Shown one piece after another: positions 21,701 to 32,242 of a stretch of DNA of 64,000 bases. Where the stretch lies: assembly GCA_963707635.1 (NCBI GenBank), contig OY970173.1, forward strand, positions 2,592,001 through 2,656,000, read 5' to 3'. A program made the position numbers and the translations under genes. This DNA is from Candidatus Latescibacterota bacterium (GTDB lineage: Bacteria; Krumholzibacteriota; Krumholzibacteriia; WVZY01; JAKEHA01). Position 1 is the first letter of the stretch. Each line of letters opens with the position of its first letter. The notes under the pieces are model-generated. The model saw only the letters and a list, made by a program, of their open reading frames with translations, did no database searches and was not told the DNA's origin.

Positions 21701-23438
21701 GCGCGCGACTCCCGACGTCGTGACGCACACCATGTTCACCGACGCCGGGCTGGCGCCGAACACGCGCTACTACTTCGCCGTTACCGCCGTCGACGGGTCG
21801 TGGAACGAGAGCGCATTCTCCGCGGTCGGCTCCGCGTCGACCAACCCGCCCCAGCTCGCGGGCTGGCCGAATTCGCTCGCCGATCCCTCCTCGAATTCAC
21901 CCGCGATCGGGGACATCGACGGCGACGGCGACCTCGAGGTCGTGATCGGAAACAACCTTCTCTACGCCTTCGGACACGACGGCGGCGAAGTCCGCGACGG
22001 GGACGGCCAGGCGTTGACCTGGGGCGTGTTCTCCGGCCTGGGCAGGGACTTCATCGGTCCGGCCGCGCTCGCGAAACTGGACGCGCGCACGGGGCTCGAT
22101 ATCGTGGCCGCGGCCGCCACCTCGCGGGAGGTCTACTGTTTCAACGGTGACGGCAGCGTGCTGCCCGGGTGGCCGCGGCCGACCATCGACGCGGTGCGCG
22201 CGGGCGTGGCAGTCGGCGACCTCGACGGCGACGACAGGCCGGAGATCGTCGCGATCGACCAGGACGCGAATCTGTACGCGTGGCATGCCGACGGATCCGA
22301 AGTCCGCGACGGCGACTCGAATCCCGCCACCGACGGCGTTTTCCGCCGTCTGCCGGATACGTCGCAGATGCAGTACCAGATGCCCGCGCTCGCCGACATC
22401 GACCAGGACGGGAAGGACGAAGTGATCATCCCGACCCAGGACAAGAAGCTATACGTGCTGAACGAGTTCGCGGCGGACGAGCCGGGTTGGCCGCGCACGC
22501 TTCCCAACTACGCGGGCGGCGGAGTCGCGGTGGGCGACATCGACGCCAACGGCGATCTCGAGATCGTGGTCACGGTACGGGGTTCCGGAGAGACATACGC
22601 GCTGCACCACGACAACACCCAGATGTGGATTCGCTGGCTGCAGCACAACAACTTCTTCAATCCGTCCCCCGCGCTCGCCGACATCACCGGTGACGGCAAG
22701 CTCGAGGTGCTGATCCCGGGCTCCAACGGAAGGCTGTACGCGATCACGCCCACCGGAGCGGACGCGCCGGGATGGCCGGTGGTCTATTCGGCGACCACCT
22801 ACACCGAGTCGTCGCCCATCGTCGCGGACGTGAACGGCGACGGGTCGCCCGACATCCTGCTGGGCGACGAGGGGGCCTTCATCAACGGCTGGAGATCCAG
22901 CGGCGCGCCGCTCGACGGCTTCCCGCTGGTGATGAAGGACTCGGTGCGCGGGACGCCGGCGATCACCGACCTGGACGGGGACGGCAGCGTCGAGATCGTC
23001 GCGGTCGGGTACGACCGCTCGGTGTACGTGTGGGACATGCCGGGGGCATACAGCGAGGCGACGGCGCCGTGGCCGATGTTCCACGCGAACCTCCATCGCA
23101 ACGGGGTGTATGGCTTCGTCGTGCCGACGGGCGTCGGCGACTCGCCACGGGCGGCCGGGCTGACGCTCGAACCGAACTACCCGAATCCCTTCAACCCCAC
23201 GACGTCGATCGTGTTCGAGATTCCGGATGGTTCGGCGCAGAGAGTTTCGCTGGTCGTTTACGACGTGACCGGTGCGCGCGTGCGCACGCTGCACGAGGGA
23301 GTGGTGCAACCGGGCCGCCACGTCGTCGCGTGGGACGGGCGCGGCGAATCGGGGGCCGCGGTGGGTTCCGGCGTCTACTTCTACCGGCTCGCCACCCCGC
23401 AGCAAGCGCTCACCCGCAAGATGGTGCTCTTGAAGTAA
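18723..23438 (+). CDS. Gingipain-like C25 cysteine peptidase with propeptide, FN3, FG-GAP repeats and FlgD-Ig-like C-terminal domain
   Basis: LADWKTAKG, VLLVGD, DLYFACLDG, VGRLPV, HVGHG (His), SNCTAA (Cys), LLGDPEM; GDIDGDG repeats; ends NYPNPFNPTT...RKMVLLK. Confidence 0.85.
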   Translation: MRKTVLTLLLVSIIAVPLWISGHTASVRIEVDVPTSPGDFSVTAAGRYTSVSPVPSASGSFFTVNDVGRPSIPARIVYVALPDGRSFASVIASAEGTSTLARGVELAVAAPPAPAPDLPAPGVAVAQDALAPYLAGAEFPSELVRYLGSGTWHGYTVASFAVFPLQVVEGDLVLHADVRLSIDTEPAAGPGAERALRMSSARARDIETRLRGLIANDEALATYPPIPHDEHRGPFGASVAPSLEGSPVDCIIVAPAALAAPFDALADWKTAKGVPTVVRTVEWIEANYPRGIDRAETIRFFLQDAYTKWGVQWVLLVGDTPEIPPRYLYTAYYYGGTLVPADLYFACLDGSFNADGDTRFGEQPADQPDLYAELSVGRLPVSTLADAANVVSKIMSYETPLDTEYVDKTLFLAEVLFPAPWSPPAPIQLNGGDMAEFVRIRHVQSPSRRVTRLYETPALFAGSLPESRSIAIDSLNAGYDFVFHVGHGYRFNMHCADENIAIPDADALYHPNRFFNLYMSNCTAAAFNFDCLAERMLRNPNGGAVSVIGAVSSSFAEISTDYMEAYAGAVFDGADPVHIGDAFAASRASRTALAMLDDNSDLWTHYVYTLLGDPEMTLWTGPVRTPVVSHPASLVAGTTVVAVGVDVDGLPQANATVCLSKDGEDYQVGTTNAAGQASFVLSTRTTGQVRVVVTGRNLARHESAIAIESAASVLLSIDEVLINDNRFEFGTFVIGDGVVDAGEAVELTPTVRNTGGAASAPAVATLTTTAPFVTIANATVPVRVLAPGQSVLADDSWRVQFAADAPDGALASFSVTIAGNATWSDTFSETVHAPAFALTSLRTSDAAPVGNGDGVISSGEQFLLFVTLKNHGTGTAAGLVATLSALDAGATVFSGLAQVGDIAALAERESESAFRLLEADATVQNHLRLIVTDTYGHSLTHTIELRKPVAPAIQSFDASLGVDKMLIRWNASPSSDVVGYRVYRSTSATGPFTRATPDVVTHTMFTDAGLAPNTRYYFAVTAVDGSWNESAFSAVGSASTNPPQLAGWPNSLADPSSNSPAIGDIDGDGDLEVVIGNNLLYAFGHDGGEVRDGDGQALTWGVFSGLGRDFIGPAALAKLDARTGLDIVAAAATSREVYCFNGDGSVLPGWPRPTIDAVRAGVAVGDLDGDDRPEIVAIDQDANLYAWHADGSEVRDGDSNPATDGVFRRLPDTSQMQYQMPALADIDQDGKDEVIIPTQDKKLYVLNEFAADEPGWPRTLPNYAGGGVAVGDIDANGDLEIVVTVRGSGETYALHHDNTQMWIRWLQHNNFFNPSPALADITGDGKLEVLIPGSNGRLYAITPTGADAPGWPVVYSATTYTESSPIVADVNGDGSPDILLGDEGAFINGWRSSGAPLDGFPLVMKDSVRGTPAITDLDGDGSVEIVAVGYDRSVYVWDMPGAYSEATAPWPMFHANLHRNGVYGFVVPTGVGDSPRAAGLTLEPNYPNPFNPTTSIVFEIPDGSAQRVSLVVYDVTGARVRTLHEGVVQPGRHVVAWDGRGESGAAVGSGVYFYRLATPQQALTRKMVLLK

Positions 23439-23448
23439 CGCTTCCGCT

Positions 23449-24903
23449 CTAGACCGCGAGTTCCCGGACCGTCGCCTTGAGGTATTTCCAGAAGGTTTCC
23501 ACCGACGCGATGTTGATGCGCTCGTTGGGCGAGTGCGGCGCCTCGATCCACGGGCCGATCGAGATCATGTCGATCCCGGGCAGCTTCTCGCCGATCACGC
23601 CACATTCCAGTCCCGCGTGCACCGCCTTGAGCTCCGGCGCGCGACCCAGCTCGCGCTCGTGCACCCGGCGCGCGACATCCAGCACCTGCGAGTGCAGGTT
23701 CGGCTTCCACCCCGGGTAGGGGTCGTTGTCTTCGTACGACCCGCCCGCCGTCTCCGCGGCGATGTGCACCCGGTCCCGCAGCGCCAGGAGGGCCGACTTG
23801 AGCGAGCTGCGAACCGAGACCAGCACGCGCACGGCGTCCAGCTCCGTGCTGACCGCGGCGAGGTTGCTCGACGTCTCCACCAGCCCGGGCACGTCGAGGC
23901 TCATCGCATCGACGCCGTGCGGAATCGTGAGCAGAGCGCCGATGATGCGCCGCTGCGACGCGGCGTCGGCCACGGAACCGATGGCGTCGCTGGCCGGCTG
24001 CAGCGCGACCTTGCACCCCGGATCCGCGCCCCCCAGCTCGGCGGCGATGGCGCGTCCCTCCGCCTCCACCGCGCGCGCAAACGCGTCCGCGCCGGCCGCG
24101 GGCACGGCGCACAGCGCGAAGGCTTCGCGCGGAATCGCGTTGTGCGCGTTGCCGCCTTCGATGCGCGCGATGCGCGCGTCCACCGACGCCCCCGCGACCC
24201 GCAACACGCGCGCCAGCGCGCGTATCGCGTTGCCGCGCTGCAGGACGATGTCCATCCCCGAGTGCCCGCCCCGCAGCCCCGTCACCCGCACTTCCACGGC
24301 GCGCGCGCCCTTCGCCGCCGGCTCGCGCGAAAGCGGCAGCGTGAGGGTGGTGTTGCCGCCGCCGGAGCAGCCGATGTAGATGGCGCCGAGTTCCTCGGTG
24401 TCGAGATTGAGCAGCCGGCGCCCCTTGACCATCGACGCGTCCAGCTTGGCCGCCCCGGTGAGGCCGGTCTCCTCGTCGACGGTGACCAGGATCTCGAGCG
24501 GCCCGTGCACGACCTCGGGATCGTCGGCGAGGGCGAGCGCCGCGGCCAGGCCCACGCCGTTGTCGGCCCCCAGGGTGGTCCCGCGCGCCTTGAGCCAGTC
24601 GCCGTCGCGTTCGAGCTGGATCGGATCGCGTGAAAAATCGAACGTAACGTCCGCGTTCTTCTCGCACACCATGTCCATGTGCGCCTGCAGCACCAGCACA
24701 CCGGCGCGCTCGTGCCCGCGCGTCGCCGGAACCTCGACGACGAGGTTGCCCGCCCGGTCCACGCGCGTCTCGAACTTCCGTTCCCGCGCCCACGCCAGCA
24801 AGTGTTCGCGAATCCGCTCTTCGTGTTTCGACGGCCTCGGAATGGAGCGAATCCGGTCGAAATGGCCCCACACATGGCGCGGCTCTAGTTTGTCGATATT
24901 CAT
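23449..24903 (-). CDS. pepD: Aminoacyl-histidine dipeptidase (M20C)
   Basis: IPRPSKHE, LQAHMDMVCEK, TTLGADNG, DEETGLTGA, GLRGGHSG, HAGLECG, PHSPNE. Confidence 0.92.
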   Translation of the reverse strand: MNIDKLEPRHVWGHFDRIRSIPRPSKHEERIREHLLAWARERKFETRVDRAGNLVVEVPATRGHERAGVLVLQAHMDMVCEKNADVTFDFSRDPIQLERDGDWLKARGTTLGADNGVGLAAALALADDPEVVHGPLEILVTVDEETGLTGAAKLDASMVKGRRLLNLDTEELGAIYIGCSGGGNTTLTLPLSREPAAKGARAVEVRVTGLRGGHSGMDIVLQRGNAIRALARVLRVAGASVDARIARIEGGNAHNAIPREAFALCAVPAAGADAFARAVEAEGRAIAAELGGADPGCKVALQPASDAIGSVADAASQRRIIGALLTIPHGVDAMSLDVPGLVETSSNLAAVSTELDAVRVLVSVRSSLKSALLALRDRVHIAAETAGGSYEDNDPYPGWKPNLHSQVLDVARRVHERELGRAPELKAVHAGLECGVIGEKLPGIDMISIGPWIEAPHSPNERINIASVETFWKYLKATVRELAV

Positions 24904-24922
24904 GGGAGATTCCTTCGGGTGA

Positions 24923-24955
24923 CGACGCGCCCGGTCACGTGGACCGGGCGCGTCG
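24923..24955. terminator. Strong GC hairpin between the lipoprotein gene and pepD
   Basis: CGACGCGCCCGGTC-ACGTG-GACCGGGCGCGTCG, a 14-bp perfect stem with no U tract. Confidence 0.4.
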
Positions 24956-24964
24956 CGTGCCGTA

Positions 24965-25576
24965 TCAGAACGGGTCGGGAACTTCGACTGTCTGCGGGAT
25001 GATTATCTGGATGGCGAGCCACGCGCGCCAGTCGAACACCATCGGATCCCCCGGTGTCGGCGTGTTCGGCAGGATCGTCCCGTGCTGGACCTCGAAGGTC
25101 AGTACCGGGTTCTGGTTGTTGTTGATGAAGTCATTCAATGCGTCGTTGATCAGGTCCACGCCCAGCGGCTCGAGCGGGGCCGCTATCTTCTTGCCGAGAG
25201 CGGCCTGCACCGACTGACTCGTGTAATCCACGATCACCACCGCGGGGCCGCCGTCGCGCGCGACCCGGATCTGACCGGTGAGGACCCAGTCGTGGGTCTG
25301 CGAGGAAGGAATCGATGTGACCCCGTAACTCACCGACGTCACGAACGCCGAGTCGAGGTCACTGGTGGTGTAACCATTGTCCTCCAGGATGTCGCGGACC
25401 TCCTCGGCAACGTCGACCACCGCCGTTTCGGGGTTGTCGGCGCTGGTCTCGTTCTCATTGAAGTCGGCGTAGGTCTCGCCGGTCAGCACCAGCTGGAGCA
25501 CCTTCTCGTCGAGGCAACTACCCAGAAGCGCGACGAGACCAAGCGTCAGGACCAAAATAAGCAACGTACGTGTCAT
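24965..25576 (-). CDS. Hypothetical lipoprotein
   Basis: MTRTLLILVLTLGLVALLGSC lipobox; AAGGAG upstream. Confidence 0.7.
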   Translation of the reverse strand: MTRTLLILVLTLGLVALLGSCLDEKVLQLVLTGETYADFNENETSADNPETAVVDVAEEVRDILEDNGYTTSDLDSAFVTSVSYGVTSIPSSQTHDWVLTGQIRVARDGGPAVVIVDYTSQSVQAALGKKIAAPLEPLGVDLINDALNDFINNNQNPVLTFEVQHGTILPNTPTPGDPMVFDWRAWLAIQIIIPQTVEVPDPF

Positions 25577-25593
25577 GTCTCTCACGCTCCTTT

Positions 25594-26526
25594 CTATGGC
25601 CGGCCGACGTTGCCGAGGGCGAGGCCGAATGAAAAACTGTTGACGCTGGCGAAACTGTAGTCCGCCCACACCTGCCCCGCCACGAAGTTGAGGCCCGCTC
25701 CCAGCGTGAAGCGGATGTCATTGGAGCCCTCGAGCGAGATGTTCTCGGGAACACCGTTGGGGCCGTCGTAGGAAACGTCCGCGTCGAGCTTCTCCCACCC
25801 GAACATGGTATAGGGCTCGAGGGTCATGAACCCGATCGGCATCCTCTTGCTCGCCTGGAGCTGAATGGCGAGCGCGTCGGTCGACACGAAATTGTCGCCC
25901 ACGTCGAAGGTCTGCCACAGCACGCCCACCGCGAGGTCGACCGGCGGCGTCTCGCCCATGTACTGCGAGAGGCTGTGGCGCCCGCCGATGCCGAAGAGGT
26001 CGATCTTGCCGACGTCGGCATCCCCGGACTCGAACGCGATCCAGCGTATGACCGCTTCCGTGCCCATGAGCGCCGAGATGCGAAACTGCGGCACCACCAG
26101 CCCGAAGGAGTTGAGGTCGAGGCCGCCCGGAAATGCGAAAGTCGCGCCGCCGGTCCCGCTGACGATGACCGCTTCGCCGGGACCAACCACCGTCGGCACC
26201 GCGGTGGTGGTCGTCGGCTGGAAGCCCGACTCGGTCGTGGCCTCGAAAGACCGGTCGGCGTCTTCGAAGAACACGCCCATCACCGGAGCTTCGAGTGAAA
26301 TATGGAAGCTGGACTTCGGAATGTAGGCGGTATAGCCGAATGAACTGTTGAGCGCGGCCGCGAACGCGTTGGCGAGCGGCTGCAAGTAGCCTACCGCGTT
26401 ATCGCCCGTGTATACAGAGATCTGGTTCTGGACCGCGCCGTCCTCGGCGACGGCCGCCGTTGCAAGCAGGACCGACAGCGCGGCTGCGGAAGTCAAAGCC
26501 CCACCGGCTCGGATACGTGGGCGCAT
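25594..26526 (-). CDS. Putative outer-membrane beta-barrel protein (DUF6588-like)
   Basis: Signal peptide; GYLQPLANAFAAALNS; alternating beta-strands; C-terminal FSFGLALG. Confidence 0.6.
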   Translation of the reverse strand: MRPRIRAGGALTSAAALSVLLATAAVAEDGAVQNQISVYTGDNAVGYLQPLANAFAAALNSSFGYTAYIPKSSFHISLEAPVMGVFFEDADRSFEATTESGFQPTTTTAVPTVVGPGEAVIVSGTGGATFAFPGGLDLNSFGLVVPQFRISALMGTEAVIRWIAFESGDADVGKIDLFGIGGRHSLSQYMGETPPVDLAVGVLWQTFDVGDNFVSTDALAIQLQASKRMPIGFMTLEPYTMFGWEKLDADVSYDGPNGVPENISLEGSNDIRFTLGAGLNFVAGQVWADYSFASVNSFSFGLALGNVGRP

Positions 26527-26575
26527 TCGACTCCTCCTTTCGTTGGTTGGGGACGGGATACGAAAGAACGGCGGA

Positions 26576-26605
26576 AGCCTAGCACCTTCGCCCGGTCGAT
26601 TTCAA
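26576..26605 (-). promoter_or_regulatory. Putative sigma70 promoter
   Basis: Minus strand TTGAAA-N18-TAGGCT with an extended TG. Confidence 0.4.
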
Positions 26606-26640
26606 CGCCTTCGCCGGGCCCGCCGCGACCGTGCCCGAGG

Positions 26641-27975
26641 CTACCCGCGCACGCGGCTGCGCATCACCATCGGCTGTCCGGTCGCCGCGACCACGCTCCG
26701 CCACAGGTAGCTCTCGGGATGGATGTGCTTGCGGCCGCGCACCGTCAGCGGGATCGGCACGTGGGTGTAGATGCCGTGCCAGAGCCCGATCACGACGTCG
26801 GTCTTTCCCGACATGCCCGCGTGGACCGCGTTGCGCGCGAGGTTGTCGCAGAAGATCGCGTCGCTGGCATTGGCCTTCACGCTTCTGATCATGTAGCTGG
26901 GATCGATGTACTTCATCGCGAACATGCGGCTATCCGCGCGCAGAAACTTCGCGATCTCCTCGCGCAGGAAGATCCCGATGTCGTGCGGCACCACGTTGCC
27001 GGAAGCGTCCTGTTCGCGCGGATAATTCCGGAAGAACTGCTGCCCCGCCCCTTCGGCGACGACGATGACCGCGTGCCCGTGGCGCTGCAGCCGCTGGTCG
27101 AGGCAGTCGAAGAAGCCCCCTTCGCCGTGGAGGTCGAAGGGCACTTCGGGCACGAGACAGAAATTGACCTGCATGCTGGCCAGGCTGCCGTACGCCGCGA
27201 TGAACCCGGAGTCGCGCCCCATCACGCGCACCAGCCCCACCCCGTTGATGGTGCCGATCGCTTCGACGTGCGCGCCGTCGATCGCCTGCCGCACCACCTC
27301 GACCGCGGTGTCGAATCCGAAGGTCTTGTAGACGAAGGGAATGTCGTTGTCGATGGTCTTCGGGATGCCGACGATCGCGATCGGCGCCCCACGGCGCTCG
27401 ACTTCCTGAAAGATGGCGTGCGCGCCGCGCAATGTCCCGTCGCCGCCGATGCAGAACAGGATGTTGACCCCCATCGCGACCAGCTGATCCACGATCACGC
27501 TGGCCTCCTCGGCGCCGCGCGAGGTTCCCAGCACGGAACCGCCCTCGTTGTGAATCGTCCGCACCAGTTCGTAGGTCAGCGGCACGGGCGCGTATCCGCG
27601 CGCGGGGTTGATGCCGCGAAAGCCGTAGCGAAAACCGACGATGTCCTCCACACCGTACTGGAAGCGCAGCTCGAGCACGAGCGAACGGATGACGTTGTTG
27701 ACGCCGGGAGACAGGCCGCCGCAGGTGACGACCGCCACCCGGGTGGTGGCGGGGTTGAAGTGAATCACCTCGCGCGGACCCGCGCGCTCCATGAACAGGT
27801 CCAAGTCGAAGTCTTCTTCGCGCTCGCCGGACGCCTTGTACAGCACGCGCGTGCCTTCGGGCACGTAGTGCGCGAGCCCGTCCCCCACGTGGGTGGAGAG
27901 CTTCAGCGGCGAAGGGACCCGGCTGGGCCCCAGCGTCTTGACGGCGAACTGCTCGGGTGTCAGACGATTCGACAT
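26641..27975 (-). CDS. pfkA: ATP-dependent 6-phosphofructokinase (long, plant/spirochaete-like type)
   Basis: VTCGGLSPG, GGSVLGTSRG, IGGDGT, PKTIDND, MGRDSGFIA, YIDPSYMIRS. Confidence 0.9.
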   Translation of the reverse strand: MSNRLTPEQFAVKTLGPSRVPSPLKLSTHVGDGLAHYVPEGTRVLYKASGEREEDFDLDLFMERAGPREVIHFNPATTRVAVVTCGGLSPGVNNVIRSLVLELRFQYGVEDIVGFRYGFRGINPARGYAPVPLTYELVRTIHNEGGSVLGTSRGAEEASVIVDQLVAMGVNILFCIGGDGTLRGAHAIFQEVERRGAPIAIVGIPKTIDNDIPFVYKTFGFDTAVEVVRQAIDGAHVEAIGTINGVGLVRVMGRDSGFIAAYGSLASMQVNFCLVPEVPFDLHGEGGFFDCLDQRLQRHGHAVIVVAEGAGQQFFRNYPREQDASGNVVPHDIGIFLREEIAKFLRADSRMFAMKYIDPSYMIRSVKANASDAIFCDNLARNAVHAGMSGKTDVVIGLWHGIYTHVPIPLTVRGRKHIHPESYLWRSVVAATGQPMVMRSRVRG

Positions 27976-27998
27976 ACGCGCTCGCTACGACCTCGCGC

Positions 27999-29360
<1,362 letters not shown>

Positions 29361-29561
29361 CGGGGCTCCTTTCGGCCGCGCCCGACTCGGTGACGTTCGG
29401 GACGAAGGAATCCGCTGCTCCGCGTGCGCGACATTGCGGGCGCGAGCTCTGATCGAGGCGGGCGGGCGAGGCCTTATCATCCGCGCCCGCGCGCGGGGTG
29501 TCAACGGACTTTCGACGCTTCTTGCGCGGCGGGGCGAAGTGGCGTCAGCGGTCGCCGGAAT

Positions 29562-29990
29562 TCACGGTTTCCCGGCGCGCACGAGCAGGATGGGAACGGT
29601 GGCCTTGTGCCTGACCTCGTTGATCGTGCTGCCGTAGATCAGGTCGCCGAGCAGCCGGTGTCCGTGCGTGGTCATGGCGATCAGGTCGCACTCCTCCCGC
29701 TCGGCGGTCTGGAGGATGCCGGTGGGAGGATCGCCCAGCGCCAGGTGCGCGGACACCTGCAGCCCCTCGGCGCGCAGCCGCTCGGCCGTGCTCTCGAGAT
29801 ACGCCCGGTCCGCCTTCATCTCGTCCGATTCGGTCAGCGCCAGCCGGTCGAAATTGCGCGCCACCCAGCCGTCGGCCACGTGCACGAGCAGCAGGGTGGA
29901 GTGGAAGCGTTTGGCCAGTTCCGCCACGTGCGGCAGAAGGCTCTGGTCCGCGCGGCTGTTTTCGAGGGCGACGAGAATCTTGCGATACAT
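29562..29990 (-). CDS. Universal stress protein
   Basis: MYRKILVAL, DLIAMTTHGH, GSTINEVRHKATVPILLV. Confidence 0.9.
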   Translation of the reverse strand: MYRKILVALENSRADQSLLPHVAELAKRFHSTLLLVHVADGWVARNFDRLALTESDEMKADRAYLESTAERLRAEGLQVSAHLALGDPPTGILQTAEREECDLIAMTTHGHRLLGDLIYGSTINEVRHKATVPILLVRAGKP

Positions 29991-29996
29991 ACGAAC

Positions 29997-31367
29997 CTAC
30001 TGAAAGAGGCGCGTGATCCACGCGGTAACGCCCGCGAAATCCAGCAGAAATTTCAGATTGAGCGACACGATCAGCCCGGACGTGATCCAGGCGAGAATCT
30101 TAATCCAGAGCGGGTTGACGAACTCACCCATTTTTTCGCGGTCGCTGGTGAACATCACCAGGGGGATGACCGCGAACGAGAGCTGCATGCTGAGAATCAC
30201 CTGGCTGAACACCAGCAACTTGGCGGTTCCGCTCTCGCCGTAGAGCGCCGTGCAGATGACCGCCGGGACGATGGCGATCAGGCGCGTGATGAGCCGGCGC
30301 AGCCACGGCCGCAGCCGGATGTTCAGGAAGCCTTCCATGACGATCTGGCCCGCGAGCGTGCCGGTGAGCGTCGAATTCTGGCCCGACGCCAGCAAGGCAA
30401 TGGCGAAGATCGCGCTGGCCGCCGACACGCCGAGCAGCGGGCTCAACAACTGATACGCGTCCTGGATTTCCGCGACCCCGTGCTCGCCGCGGGTGTGAAA
30501 CGTCGCGGCGGACACGATCAGGATCGACGCGTTGATGAACAACGCGAACATCAGCGCCACGGTCGAGTCGATGGTGGCGAACTTGATCGCCTCCGCCTTG
30601 CCCGCGTGGTCCTGTTCGTACTTGCGCGTCTGTACGATGGACGAGTGCAGGTAGAGATTGTGCGGCATCACAGTCGCGCCGATGATGCCGATGGCCACGT
30701 AGAGCATCCCCGTGTTCTGGATGATTTCCAGCCGCGGGACGAAACCGCCCAGTACGCTGGCCACGTCGGGCCGGGAAAAGATGACTTCCAGCAGGAAGCA
30801 CCCGCCGATGGTCAGAATCAGCGTGATCACCAGCGCTTCGACGTAGCGAAATCCCTTGTTCTGGAGATACATCACCGCCAGAACGTCGAGTGCGGTGATA
30901 CACACGCCCCAGACCAGGGGAAGCTTGAAGAGCAGATTGAGGGCGATGGCCGAGCCGATGACCTCCGCGAGGTCGCACGCGCAGATGGCCACTTCGCACA
31001 GGAGCCAGAGCCCGACGGCCACCGGCGGCGAGTAGTGGTCGCGGCACGCCTGCGCCAGATCCCGTCCCGTCACGATCCCGAGCTTCGCGCACAGGGACTG
31101 GAGCAGAATCGCCATCAGGTTGGAGAGGAGAATGACGAACAGGAGCGTGTAGCCGAATGCGGAGCCGCCGGCGAGGTCGGTGGCCCAGTTGCCGGGATCC
31201 ATGTAACCGACCGCCACCAGATACCCGGGGCCGGAAAACGCGAGCATCTTCTTCCAGAAGCTCAACCCTTTCGGCACCGGGATCGTCCGATAGACCTCGG
31301 AGAGGCTGGGCGTCACGCCGGAAAGACGCCACGCCTTGCCCATTTTCTCTGGCGGGTTCGTATTCAT
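29997..31367 (-). CDS. mntH: Nramp-family Mn2+/divalent cation transporter
   Basis: [14 protein letters not shown] and [13 protein letters not shown] signatures. Confidence 0.95.
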   Translation of the reverse strand: MNTNPPEKMGKAWRLSGVTPSLSEVYRTIPVPKGLSFWKKMLAFSGPGYLVAVGYMDPGNWATDLAGGSAFGYTLLFVILLSNLMAILLQSLCAKLGIVTGRDLAQACRDHYSPPVAVGLWLLCEVAICACDLAEVIGSAIALNLLFKLPLVWGVCITALDVLAVMYLQNKGFRYVEALVITLILTIGGCFLLEVIFSRPDVASVLGGFVPRLEIIQNTGMLYVAIGIIGATVMPHNLYLHSSIVQTRKYEQDHAGKAEAIKFATIDSTVALMFALFINASILIVSAATFHTRGEHGVAEIQDAYQLLSPLLGVSAASAIFAIALLASGQNSTLTGTLAGQIVMEGFLNIRLRPWLRRLITRLIAIVPAVICTALYGESGTAKLLVFSQVILSMQLSFAVIPLVMFTSDREKMGEFVNPLWIKILAWITSGLIVSLNLKFLLDFAGVTAWITRLFQ

Positions 31368-32053
31368 CAGCGCGTCACCTGGACGCTGGCCGCGGCGTCG
31401 CGCCCCAGCGCGAGTTCGCGGCCGTCCACCCGTGCGGTAATGGAACCTCCGAACGGCTCGACGACGACGACTTCCAGACGGGTGCCGGGATAGAGGCCGC
31501 GTTCTCCCAGGTAGCGCAACAGGGCGGGATCGCGGTCGTCCACTTCGACCACCTCGACCCGTTCGCCCGCCGAGACGTCCGTGAGCGGACGGCCGGACAC
31601 CCGCTTTACGGTGCCGTCGCGGCTCGGGATGGGGGCGCCGTGGGGATCCACGGTTGGAAACCCAAGCGCACCGTCGATCCGGTCTTCGAGATCTTCCGAG
31701 ATGACGTGCTCCAGCTTCTCCGCCTCCTCATGCACCCGGTCCCACGGCACGCCTAGCGCCTCGGCGAGGTATTTCTCGATCAGCCGGTGGTGCCGAACGA
31801 TCTCCACCGCGGCCATCTCCCCCACCGCGGTCAGGCGGACCCCCTGATAGGGCGCGTGGGTCACCAGCCGTAACTCCGCCAGCTTCTTCACCATCGCCGT
31901 TACGGACGGCGGCGCAATCCCCATGCGCTCGGCGATCGAGGAGGTAGATGCGCGCTCCTCCCACTCGAGGATCTCGAAGATCGCCTTCAGGTAGTTCTCC
32001 ATCGACTGGGTCAAGGCGAGGGAGCGAGCATAGTCGGGATCGAATTTAGCCAT
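31367..32053 (-). CDS. mntR: DtxR/MntR-family metal-dependent repressor with C-terminal FeoA-like domain
   Basis: [35 protein letters not shown]. The true start may be the in-frame TTG at 32014. Confidence 0.9.
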   Translation of the reverse strand: MAKFDPDYARSLALTQSMENYLKAIFEILEWEERASTSSIAERMGIAPPSVTAMVKKLAELRLVTHAPYQGVRLTAVGEMAAVEIVRHHRLIEKYLAEALGVPWDRVHEEAEKLEHVISEDLEDRIDGALGFPTVDPHGAPIPSRDGTVKRVSGRPLTDVSAGERVEVVEVDDRDPALLRYLGERGLYPGTRLEVVVVEPFGGSITARVDGRELALGRDAAASVQVTR

Positions 32054-32060
32054 GGCTAAA
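32045..32060. promoter_or_regulatory. Putative MntR/DtxR operator
   Basis: Perfect 16-bp palindrome TTTAGCCATGGCTAAA at the 5' end of mntR. Confidence 0.65.
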
Positions 32061-32123
32061 ACGCAAGCTAGTGCAAGTCTCATTCCCGGTCAAGGGGGGA
32101 TTCGAGGCAGCGAATTTTTTCTT

Positions 32124-32149
32124 GGAACCAATCCGCCGGGGGTATCGTC
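32124..32149 (+). promoter_or_regulatory. Putative ECF-sigma promoter
   Basis: GGAACC-N16-CGTC upstream of the gene at 32243. Confidence 0.45.
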
Positions 32150-32242
32150 TTACCTGCAACACACGGATCGAATCCCCACCCGTGCCTGGGTTTCCGGATT
32201 GCCCGCCGGGGCGAGTCGCGAGTCTCTGCGCAGGAGGAAGAC

